DNA of 64,000 nt from Clostridia bacterium. Lineage in GTDB: Bacteria > Bacillota > Clostridia > UMGS1840. Position numbers and translations under genes: made by a program. The stretch spans positions 2,228 to 66,227 of the forward strand of contig JAGAKI010000069.1 of assembly GCA_017625695.1 (NCBI GenBank), given 5' to 3'. Under the pieces are notes generated by a model. It searched no databases. It was given only the letters and a program-made list of their open reading frames with translations, and had not been told where the DNA came from. The number at the start of each line of letters is the position of its first letter. The first letter of the stretch is position 1. This document shows positions 45,958 to 55,200 of this stretch, in pieces.

Positions 45958-46113
45958 AACAAGTACCTCTCTTTGCTCCCTATATTGACAGAGCATATTT
46001 GGTTTCATTATAAAGGAAAATACAGAATTTGTAAACCTGAATTTTTGCTTTTCATACCTTGGAAAATATGCTGATTATATCAGCTTTCCGATTCGGTAAC
46101 ATGATACGGATAC

Positions 46114-46150
46114 AAAAAAGCAGAGAGAATTGCTTCTCTCCGCTTTTTTT
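46114..46150. terminator. terminator hairpin downstream of the 930-aa gene
   Basis: GAGAGAA-ttgc-TTCTCTC extended stem, flanked by A6 and T7. Confidence 0.65.
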
Positions 46151-46160
46151 GCATCAATAA

Positions 46161-48953
46161 TTAGTCAACCATTTCAACAAAGATAGAGTTTACGTTCATA
46201 TTTCTGTTGAAGTAAATGGTAGAACCGGCAATTAAGTCCGCTTCGGTTAAAGATACATATTCTACTTTACCATTTTTGAATCTAATGCCTGTAACCTGAC
46301 AGTTGTTACCAATGTGGTAAGCTGCACCGTCATCCAGGAACAGTCTGTAGTCAGTTATCTTTTTCAGAGTACCGATTAAATATCCGGGCATAATGTTCTG
46401 ATGCCACTGTTCGATGGTCATATCAGAACCGTCGGAGCTCTTGGGATATTCTTCCACACCGGTGATATAAATTTCGTTGTTGCAGAACAGTGCACCATCC
46501 ATGAATTCTACCTTCATACCTACTTCCAGTTTATCGGGAGCAGGTTCGTTAGAAGGTCTGTGGTGAGTAACAGTCCAGGAAGGATCAATCGCAATAGAAT
46601 CTAATTCCCATTCGATATCGCCACTGTCTAACACCACTTCATAGTAGTTCTTATCTGCTTCAGCATCATATCTTAAGGTAATGGAATCGATGGTAGCATC
46701 TCTATCACCCTGGTGACGGCGAACCTTATCGGTATTACCGTATAAGAACCAGAAGCTGGGAGTAGATGCGTTGGGTTCTGCAAACATTGCAATATTAACT
46801 CTTAAGGTATCGCTGCTCATATTGAAGGTACCGTGTGCTAATAATTCATTATAAGATTTTTCCATAACACCTAACTGACCATCAATGTTGGTTAAAACGA
46901 CAAATCTTTCGTTACGAATGTAGAACAACTGAGTGGAAGCTAAGCTGCTGCCGATACCGGTAGTAATACCATTGGTAGTGGTAGTAGGTAAGTAAATTGC
47001 ACGATAATCACCGATAAAGTGGTCTAAGGGAATGTTAATTGCAGGCAGACAAGGAACAGTCTGAGTCACAATTTCCTTAGTAGTAGAATCCATATAGCTT
47101 ACATCATGTTCTTCACCGAATAAGAGATAGTAATCAGGTTCAGAAATCTGAGTGATTACACCTTCGTCGTTAACAGTAAACTTAAAGAGCTTATCAGTTG
47201 CATTCATCTTGTCGCTCCATCTCATTGCATTTGCTGCAATGCTGGATGCGGAAGAGAACACGGTAGTGATATCGCTTACCGGAGTTGCCGGATTGTCAAT
47301 GAGTTTAGAAGCCGGGAAATCTACAGGCAGAGTAACAACCGCTTCTTCTACATCAGGGTAAATTTTCTGAACTTTAATTTTGATATCCTCAAAGCCCTTC
47401 TGGGAAGAACCTACGATATAAGCAGTAAACTCATTTTTCGCATTCAGTTCACCGTTTGCTTTGATGTAACGAACGTTGCCGAAGATATCTACATAAGCCA
47501 TAATCTGTGTTTCATAGATACGATCGAAGTTATTTTCTACATAATCTGTACCGTTTTCGGAAACATAAATATCTTCTTTGGTGGGATAGAAATGTCTACC
47601 GATTTCAATTTCGTTATCCGCCATACTTCCGAAATTGCCGGCAATTGTTTTTTCGGAAACTACGATTACCAACAGATCATCACTCTGATAATAGTAGAAT
47701 AAACTTCCGGGTTTGATCTGAGTACGGTCTGTGCTTCTGCCATCGATGATAACCATAATGTCATCATATTCACCGACTCTTTTCAGTCTGCCGGCAGATT
47801 CACCTTTTACGTAAGCAACAAAACTGTTGTTCACTTCAGTTACCATACCTGCTTCCTGAAGATTCCAGGTTTCGATAAAGGTAACTTTGTTATTGATTAA
47901 TACGATTTTTGCATATTTTCCGGCTAATTTTACAGGAGTTCTTACGATTTCACCGTTGTAACTTACTTTTGCACCCGCTGCAATTCTGTATTCTTCTTCA
48001 TCACGTTTGAGTTCAATGTTATCAACCAGATTCAGTGCATAAGCATTGTTCGGATTGGTATCATTGTTTACGCTGTAAATTACATCGTAGAATACTTCTA
48101 CATTGGTCTGGGGAGTAATGTAGATAATCATACCATCTTTATCTGCCCAAAGTTCAACGGGAATATTGTAGTAGAAGTTCAGGTCCACTTTACCGTTGGT
48201 CAAAAAGTCATAATCGTTACCAACAGTCAGCAGTTCCGGATTTGCACCGGAAACATTTTTGGTAATGTTTACTTTTGCACTCTGTTTCTGATTGTTTACT
48301 TCAATAATAGAACCGTAGTAACGGGAAATTCCGAAATACTGAGACAGTACAGTCTTTTTATTACCGGAATCTTCCAGATTTGCAGTACCGTTACTATCAT
48401 AGCTATAGTTAAATTCGGTAATATCTGCAGTTAACAGATTGTAAATTAATTTACGGAACTGTTTCACGGTAACAGTATCATAAGTGCTAACAGCAACATC
48501 TTTGTACAGACGCAGCTCGGTTACGGTTTTCATATTACCTGCTTCGCCGCCGCCATTTACAGCTGCAATGGTTTCATAAGACAGTAATTTAATTACTGCA
48601 GCGTTGAAATCATGGAAGCTGATGGGGTCGTTGGGGCAGAACATATTGCCTTCGCTAGGTAAGAAACCGTTGATGGTTGCATAGTAGACATAACCGGAGT
48701 ATTCGTCATCAGCCGGAACATCCACATAAGCAGTTTCTCTGGGTTCCATTTCTTCGTTGCTTAAAATACTGGAAATGGTGTATGCAAATTCTTTACGAGT
48801 TACTAAATTGTCGGAATCTGCAGAACAAGATAATGGCATAATGCTGAAGTTGGAAATGACTTCACTTACGCCGGACGAAGCTGCAGAAACAATCTGGAAG
48901 GAGCCAAGAATCAGCGCCAGAACCAGAAATAAAATTGTACCTTTTCTCATCAT
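46161..48953 (-). CDS. large secreted protein with degenerate N-terminal SLH-like repeats; remainder unknown, beta-rich
   Basis: 930 aa with signal peptide MMRKGTILFLVLALILGSFQIVSA. SLH-like VTRKEFAYTISSIL / YVDVPADDEYSGYVYYATINGFL. Its start overlaps the upstream stop as ATGA. Confidence 0.65.
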   Translation of the reverse strand: MMRKGTILFLVLALILGSFQIVSAASSGVSEVISNFSIMPLSCSADSDNLVTRKEFAYTISSILSNEEMEPRETAYVDVPADDEYSGYVYYATINGFLPSEGNMFCPNDPISFHDFNAAVIKLLSYETIAAVNGGGEAGNMKTVTELRLYKDVAVSTYDTVTVKQFRKLIYNLLTADITEFNYSYDSNGTANLEDSGNKKTVLSQYFGISRYYGSIIEVNNQKQSAKVNITKNVSGANPELLTVGNDYDFLTNGKVDLNFYYNIPVELWADKDGMIIYITPQTNVEVFYDVIYSVNNDTNPNNAYALNLVDNIELKRDEEEYRIAAGAKVSYNGEIVRTPVKLAGKYAKIVLINNKVTFIETWNLQEAGMVTEVNNSFVAYVKGESAGRLKRVGEYDDIMVIIDGRSTDRTQIKPGSLFYYYQSDDLLVIVVSEKTIAGNFGSMADNEIEIGRHFYPTKEDIYVSENGTDYVENNFDRIYETQIMAYVDIFGNVRYIKANGELNAKNEFTAYIVGSSQKGFEDIKIKVQKIYPDVEEAVVTLPVDFPASKLIDNPATPVSDITTVFSSASSIAANAMRWSDKMNATDKLFKFTVNDEGVITQISEPDYYLLFGEEHDVSYMDSTTKEIVTQTVPCLPAINIPLDHFIGDYRAIYLPTTTTNGITTGIGSSLASTQLFYIRNERFVVLTNIDGQLGVMEKSYNELLAHGTFNMSSDTLRVNIAMFAEPNASTPSFWFLYGNTDKVRRHQGDRDATIDSITLRYDAEADKNYYEVVLDSGDIEWELDSIAIDPSWTVTHHRPSNEPAPDKLEVGMKVEFMDGALFCNNEIYITGVEEYPKSSDGSDMTIEQWHQNIMPGYLIGTLKKITDYRLFLDDGAAYHIGNNCQVTGIRFKNGKVEYVSLTEADLIAGSTIYFNRNMNVNSIFVEMVD

Positions 48954-51900
48954 ATACCTAACACCTCCATCATAACATAAATTACTTTTGCGGTCTGTGC
49001 TCTGGTTGCGTTTGCGATAGGAGCAAAGGTGTTTTCGCCCATACCATTAATAACGCCAACTTTTTCTAATGATAAAACAGCTGCTTTTGCATAATCTGCA
49101 ATGGCATCAGCATCTGCAAATTCTGCTTTACCTTCAGCAAGGGTAATACCTAATCTCTGGAAGGTTCTGTAAACCATAACAGCTAAATCCTGACGGGTAA
49201 TCTGCTGACCTAAGCCAAAGGTTCCATCCGGATTTCCTTTGATAATGCCTAAATTCTGAGCAGTTGCAATGTAAGAGGTTGCCCAATGGTCTTCAGCTAC
49301 ATCGGTCAGATTGGATACTGCTTTTGCATCGTGTGAACCAATTGCAGTTACAATCATTTTTACAACTTCTTCACGGGTGATATTGTCCATCGGACGGAAT
49401 TTTCTTTCGTCGTTTTTGGAAACGATGCCTTTACCAACTAAGGTATGAACCATATCTTTAGCCCAGGAAGCTTCTTCCATATCGTCGAAGAAATAGCCGG
49501 ACTGTTTATCGTCTTCTTCTTCCACTTTTTCCTTCGGAGGAGCAACATATCCGCCACCGCCGGAGCTGCCGGAAGGTCTGCTTGCAGGTTTCTCAGGTTT
49601 CTGACGAATGGTTGCAGTAATGCTGCCACCGGTTACTGAGATGGGTAAATCAACAAAAATTTTATTGTTCTGTTCATCTTTCAGACCGGTATCAAAAGTA
49701 TAAATAACAGATGCTTCTACATCAATGTCATGAGTTCCGATCACAGATGCCTGCAGAGCGATTTTACCAACTTCATCGTAGGAAATGGTTTCATCATATG
49801 CAAAGCCGATGGTGAAGGTTGCAGTATCTCCGTCGATAACAACTTCGTTGGAAATTGCATCTTCTGCTACTGCTTCTGCGTTTTCAAGCAGGTCTGCTTC
49901 TTCAGTAGTTACGACTACTTCAATTGCTTTTACTTTGGTCTGTGCATTCTGGAAGTCAACCGGAATTGCAATTTCACCTGCATAGTATGCAGAGGTAATT
50001 GCGTCAGAAAGGTCCAGACTGGTAGGAGTGATACCGTTGGTTTCTAAAATCCATGCATCCAGTAAGGTTGCAATTCTTTCTAAGAACGCTTCTTCAGAAG
50101 TGCTGGGACCGTTTGTTCTGGTATCTTCTGCAATTTTATCAGAGAAAGAAGTTTTCTTAGTGTCGGTGTTTACTAAGTTTAATTTGTCGGAAGCGATACC
50201 GATTAACTCACAAGCATCCGCTTGATTTAAGAAGTTGGATTTAATGTAAGAACCGGTAGTTGCCTGGTTCATCTGTTCTAATTTCAGCATTTTGCCATAG
50301 AAAGGAGCAACCTCTCTCACAGCTGCAAAATCTTTTCCTTCAAAGTGAGCTAAGAATAAGTCTTCATTTGCTAAGCTGTCGCAATCTGCTGCATAATCAG
50401 GAACTAATAAAACTTCGCCGTATTCTTCAAAGATAGCATATACAGCATCGGAAGTGGTTGCATCTTCAAATAAGCCGATAATTCTTAATTCTTCTTCTTC
50501 CGATACATAACTTACAACTGCGGGTGTAGTTGCACCATATTCAGTGGTAACAGTGTAAGTGTAAGCACCTGCAGCTGTACCGTCTGCGATGTTGAATTCT
50601 ACAGTAAATGCACCGTCATCACCGGAGATTACAGTTTCAACTTCGTCACCTTCAGGAGAGGTAACAGTTACAGTTCTGCCTTTGATACCGTGACCGGTAG
50701 AACCCAATGCGGTACCTTTGATGGTTACCGCTTCACGGTAAGATTCCACTTCGGAAACAACAACAGCATCGATTCCTTCATCAGCGGAATCATCACCGGT
50801 AGTGAAGGTATAGGTTCTGTCATCCAATGCTTCTGCATCGTTGATACCCTGTAAATTGGTAACTTCTAACAGATATTCAGTGCCGTAAGACAGAGTTTCC
50901 AAGAAAGAAACAATGACTTTGGTTCCGTCAACATCAACTGCAACAGGAATTTCAGCACCGTCTGCGGTTAAGGTAGCTTCTACACCTGCCATCATAGTGT
51001 CGTTGAAGGTAATGGTTAAGTTATCGGTACCTCTTGTAACAGTTTCACCGTCAACGAAAGATTCGCTTTCAACGCCGGTTGCGTAAGGAGATACGTATTC
51101 CACTTTTACCCAAGCTAAACTGTAGTTAGAGAAACCATCTAAGGTTAAAGTATATTCGCCTTCCGTTAAGGAGAAGATACCAATTTCGCTGTAACCGTAG
51201 GTAGTTACTTCTACATCCACATCATTTTCTTTCACGGTTTTGGTAATTCTGGATACGGTTGCAGTTTTCACATCGTCGCCAAAATCAGCAGAAACAGTGG
51301 AAGAGCCTTCGGTAATACCCATTACGGAAACTTTGTATTTACCGTCTGCCGGAATATTTACGGGGAAAGTCAGGGGTGTGTTGCTTACATCAGCCTGATT
51401 GTAACCGTCATTAAAAATAACGGTTAAATCCCCGATTTCATTTGCGGATGCGATAGGAGCCACTAAAGCTGCTACGGTAGCATCTACAGATTCATCCAAG
51501 GTTAAAGTCATGGTTCTGAAGTTTACATATGAGGTAGATTTGTGATCTACATACACATAGTTGGTGCCTTCTTCCAAATAAATGTAACCTAAGTTAGTTG
51601 CATTTACAAAAGTATTCTGGTTCGCAGTTTTGGGTAAATCAGTTTCTAAAATACTCTTTTCGGTACGAACATAGAATTTTGCGCTGGGGGTTGCACCAAC
51701 AGAAGCATCCACATCAACAGAATAGTATCCTGCAGTGTCTGCGGTAACTTCAAATCTTACCCATTCACCTGCTTTCATATTCAAAGAAGCACGACTTATA
51801 GGGTTAGACCATACATCCAGGGGAGCGTAGGCTCTGTTGTTGTTTGTGGTACTGTCCAATGATCCAGATGTGGTGTCAAAGTACAGTTCACCTTGTCTGT

Positions 51901-52042
51901 TGGCCAGGGAGCCATAAGTCAATAAGTCCGTATATGATACGGTAATGGTTGTGTCGGTTGCAAAAGCGGGAATTACAAAATTCACTGCCATAACAACCAA
52001 GGTGAGTGCTGTTGAAAGCACTCGTTTCAAATTACGGTTCAT
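48950..52042 (-). CDS. S-layer-type protein: CBM-like modules, Ig-like domains, helical module, three C-terminal SLH domains
   Basis: About 1030 aa. Start set to ATG 52042, 6-7 nt after AAGGAGGA. Signal peptide ...VIPAFA. The C-terminus has three SLH repeats (FDDMEEASWAKDMVHTLVGKGIV.., LTDVAEDHWATSYIATAQNLGII.., FADADAIADYAKAAVLSLEKVGVI..). Confidence 0.8.
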   Translation of the reverse strand: MNRNLKRVLSTALTLVVMAVNFVIPAFATDTTITVSYTDLLTYGSLANRQGELYFDTTSGSLDSTTNNNRAYAPLDVWSNPISRASLNMKAGEWVRFEVTADTAGYYSVDVDASVGATPSAKFYVRTEKSILETDLPKTANQNTFVNATNLGYIYLEEGTNYVYVDHKSTSYVNFRTMTLTLDESVDATVAALVAPIASANEIGDLTVIFNDGYNQADVSNTPLTFPVNIPADGKYKVSVMGITEGSSTVSADFGDDVKTATVSRITKTVKENDVDVEVTTYGYSEIGIFSLTEGEYTLTLDGFSNYSLAWVKVEYVSPYATGVESESFVDGETVTRGTDNLTITFNDTMMAGVEATLTADGAEIPVAVDVDGTKVIVSFLETLSYGTEYLLEVTNLQGINDAEALDDRTYTFTTGDDSADEGIDAVVVSEVESYREAVTIKGTALGSTGHGIKGRTVTVTSPEGDEVETVISGDDGAFTVEFNIADGTAAGAYTYTVTTEYGATTPAVVSYVSEEEELRIIGLFEDATTSDAVYAIFEEYGEVLLVPDYAADCDSLANEDLFLAHFEGKDFAAVREVAPFYGKMLKLEQMNQATTGSYIKSNFLNQADACELIGIASDKLNLVNTDTKKTSFSDKIAEDTRTNGPSTSEEAFLERIATLLDAWILETNGITPTSLDLSDAITSAYYAGEIAIPVDFQNAQTKVKAIEVVVTTEEADLLENAEAVAEDAISNEVVIDGDTATFTIGFAYDETISYDEVGKIALQASVIGTHDIDVEASVIYTFDTGLKDEQNNKIFVDLPISVTGGSITATIRQKPEKPASRPSGSSGGGGYVAPPKEKVEEEDDKQSGYFFDDMEEASWAKDMVHTLVGKGIVSKNDERKFRPMDNITREEVVKMIVTAIGSHDAKAVSNLTDVAEDHWATSYIATAQNLGIIKGNPDGTFGLGQQITRQDLAVMVYRTFQRLGITLAEGKAEFADADAIADYAKAAVLSLEKVGVINGMGENTFAPIANATRAQTAKVIYVMMEVLGI

Positions 52043-52258
52043 AAGCAATCCTCCTTATCTTTTTGCTTGTAATTTGAGATATATAATAAATTTTTATTAG
52101 CAAAATCAGCAATATATAGAAATATAAAATATTTATTTTCAAATTCGGGGTTTCCCGGGCAGAACCTGCATGGGTTCTGCCCGAAAAACATTTGGTAATC
52201 AAATCAATCCTAAGAGGTCATATGCCTTCTTCGTAAGGTTTACTCACAAAGTAAGGAC

Positions 52259-55200
52259 TTAGTCCTGGGGAACATCCAGCATACGCATGGTTCTCCAAGT
52301 GGGATAGGTATCAATGTCTTCTAATCTGGTCTTATCTTCCAGGCCTGCTTCTGCCATAATTTTCTGTGCGGTGGTGTCGTAGCTGGATACTCTGTAGTTG
52401 TTACCTTGCAGAGCAACTTCATTGGTGTTGGTTGCGTTAGATCCATAAATCCTAGCGGGGTTACGACCATCAGTATGATTGTAGCCGGCAAAACAGTTAT
52501 TGATATTTACATACTGTCTTGCAAAGAACCAATAATCGGTGGTGGTAGTATAAGCTTCGGTTACTACGTTATCACAAACGAAAGTGTATCCGGTTCCCTG
52601 GTCGAAGTAGATACCGGGAGCTTTGACCTGACCCGGGTCGATGACATAGTTATCGTTAATCTGAGTGCCTCGGAGATTACCTAAGGTGTAGATATGAGCA
52701 CCGTCACCCATGGTCTGCATTACATCATCAATTTTGTTGTAGGAAATGATGTGGTTACCGCAGTCTGCAGGATCATCATATCCCCAACCCCAACCGATAA
52801 CGATACCGGAATAAGAGGTATCTTTAATATCGTTGTGGTGAATGTTGGCATTGCCCACATAATACACAGAAATTGCGGTTAAGCCCTGGAATTCCTGAGC
52901 AGTACGACGGAAGATGTTGTTATCCACTTCGATGTTCTGGCAACGTTCGGTAGTAGAGGATGCGGCGTTACCGTCTCTGTAGTCACCAAGTACCACGCCG
53001 GTACCGGCAAGATCGTGGAAGTAGCTTCCTGTAATTTGAGAATTGGAAACGCCTTCTTCTAAAATGATGGCGCTGGAGCCCATAGAACCGAATTCACAAT
53101 TCTTAAATACTAAAGAATCTGCATAATTTACCCAAATCTGACCGGGGAAAATGTGGGAACCGTAATAGGTTTCAGAACCAAGTCTCCATTCTTCGGTCTG
53201 GTTGAAGGCTGCACCTTTTACGGTGATATCATCATAACCGCCGTAACGGAATGCGATGCCGTCAAATTCCAGATTGGTTACCTTGTTAGCGGAACCAATA
53301 CCGGTAATGCTCATCATACGGTCAGTGGTTGCACACCAGGTTTCAATGGTGTTCATATCTTCCTGAGCATAGGGGTAATAGTACATTTTGCGAGTTTCTT
53401 TATCGAAGTAGAATTCACCGGGCTGATCCAACAGCAGGAGAGAGTTTTCTAAATAGAAACCTGAACCTGCGGTAGGAGTAATGGTAGAGGTGTGTAATCC
53501 ATCGATACAGAATGCATTGTAGTAAGGATAGGTAGTGTAAATGGATACATTGCCGTTGGTGCTGTTGTATTCAATACTGTCAATGGGGAAACGATGGTTT
53601 GCCCACTGCAGGCTGAATACAATTTGCATTCTGGACTGCTGGGTGGCAGTCTGCTGATCCAATCCTTGGGGGAAATCAGCATTTCCATAGCTGGAAACCA
53701 GAATACCATCCGCTACATGAGCATCGTTTTTCGGTTCAGCAGGAGAAATCTCTACGCCTCTGTACCAACCATCGCTTCTTGCCATGGTTGCCTGATATCC
53801 GTTTACAAACAAGGCTCTGGTTTCACGGGTGGTAGTAGAAGCTACCCAGTAATTTTCACCGTCTACCTTAGTCCATTTACCGGTCAGGTCTTCCCCGCCG
53901 GAAATCACAGGTTTGTTATCGGGATCTTCTGCACGAATGATTACTTTGTGTCCGTTTTTACCGCCCATGGTGGGATCAATTTCGATAGCAACGGAACTTT
54001 TGTAAGTACCGGGAGCAACATTAACGATAATGTCGCCGGTCATATCATTGTTGATGGTTTTTACAATTTTTAATGCATTTGCCAGGTTGTTTACGGGAGC
54101 TTCCTTGGTACCTGCATTGGTAGATTTACCGCCGGTGGAAACATAAATTTCACGGTAAGGCGTTGCGTAAACATCTTTTGCGTAGGGCTTCGCATCATCC
54201 ATATGGGAGAATGTCAGCACTTTTAAAGTGCAGCCCGCACCAAGATTGGTAAAGCTTGCAGTTGCAACATCACCTTCGCGGGTTAATGCGCTGATGGCAA
54301 CTAATTTGTTACCGTTATATACTGCAGCAACCATAGATGTATCGGACGGAATATGCATGCAGTTTGCACTTACATAAGCAGTGCCTGCAGGCAGAGCATC
54401 CACTTCCTGACCGGAAGAATCCTTCACAATAACAGTAGGATCTACGATACATTCGTTGTATGCTTCCAGCATTTCGGCTGCAGTTTCGTATTTCTGTGCC
54501 ACCATCTTCCAGAAGGACATGGGAGCATATACATGGTTTACGGTATCTGCATTCACGTCGATATTGGCTGCTTCACCGTATTGTTCCAGAAGGTCAAATG
54601 CACCTTCTGCAGTGGTAACATTTTCAAAATCATGAATCAGATGGTAAGCCATGGAGTTGGTATCTTCCAAAACAATAGAATCAAAGTAGAAGCTATCGCA
54701 GTAGAATACGAATTTTAAGGTATGGGTACCTGCAGTCAGGTAGAGCTGTGCCACTTCTTCCTGCAGATATGCCCAAGCGGAATCGGTTCTGTCATTCTGG
54801 AAATGCATGGTTAAGTAATCCACAAAAACATCATCCACATAAAGGTCGAAGTTTACATCTTTCCAAGCCGCACCAACCAGATTCAGATTGTAAATGGTGT
54901 CTTCGGAAACTTCTACGGTGTAGCTTGCAATGGATTCGCTCTTAATCGCTAACACATCTTTACCGTTGTAGGTAGCAACATTACCTGCTGTTTCCGCTTC
55001 AATTACGGTGTATAAGTTGGTGTTAGAAACATCGGGAAGTTCCGGAACGGGAGTTGCGGTAGGAGCGGAAGAAGAGCTTCCGGTATCCACCTTTAAGTTT
55101 TGTAAGTTCATCTGGGGACCCCATACTTCGTGGTCTGCCAGACTGTCTTCCCCGTCAGTCATAGAGAGACGCAACGCCGTTAAGGTTGCGATGGAGGAAC

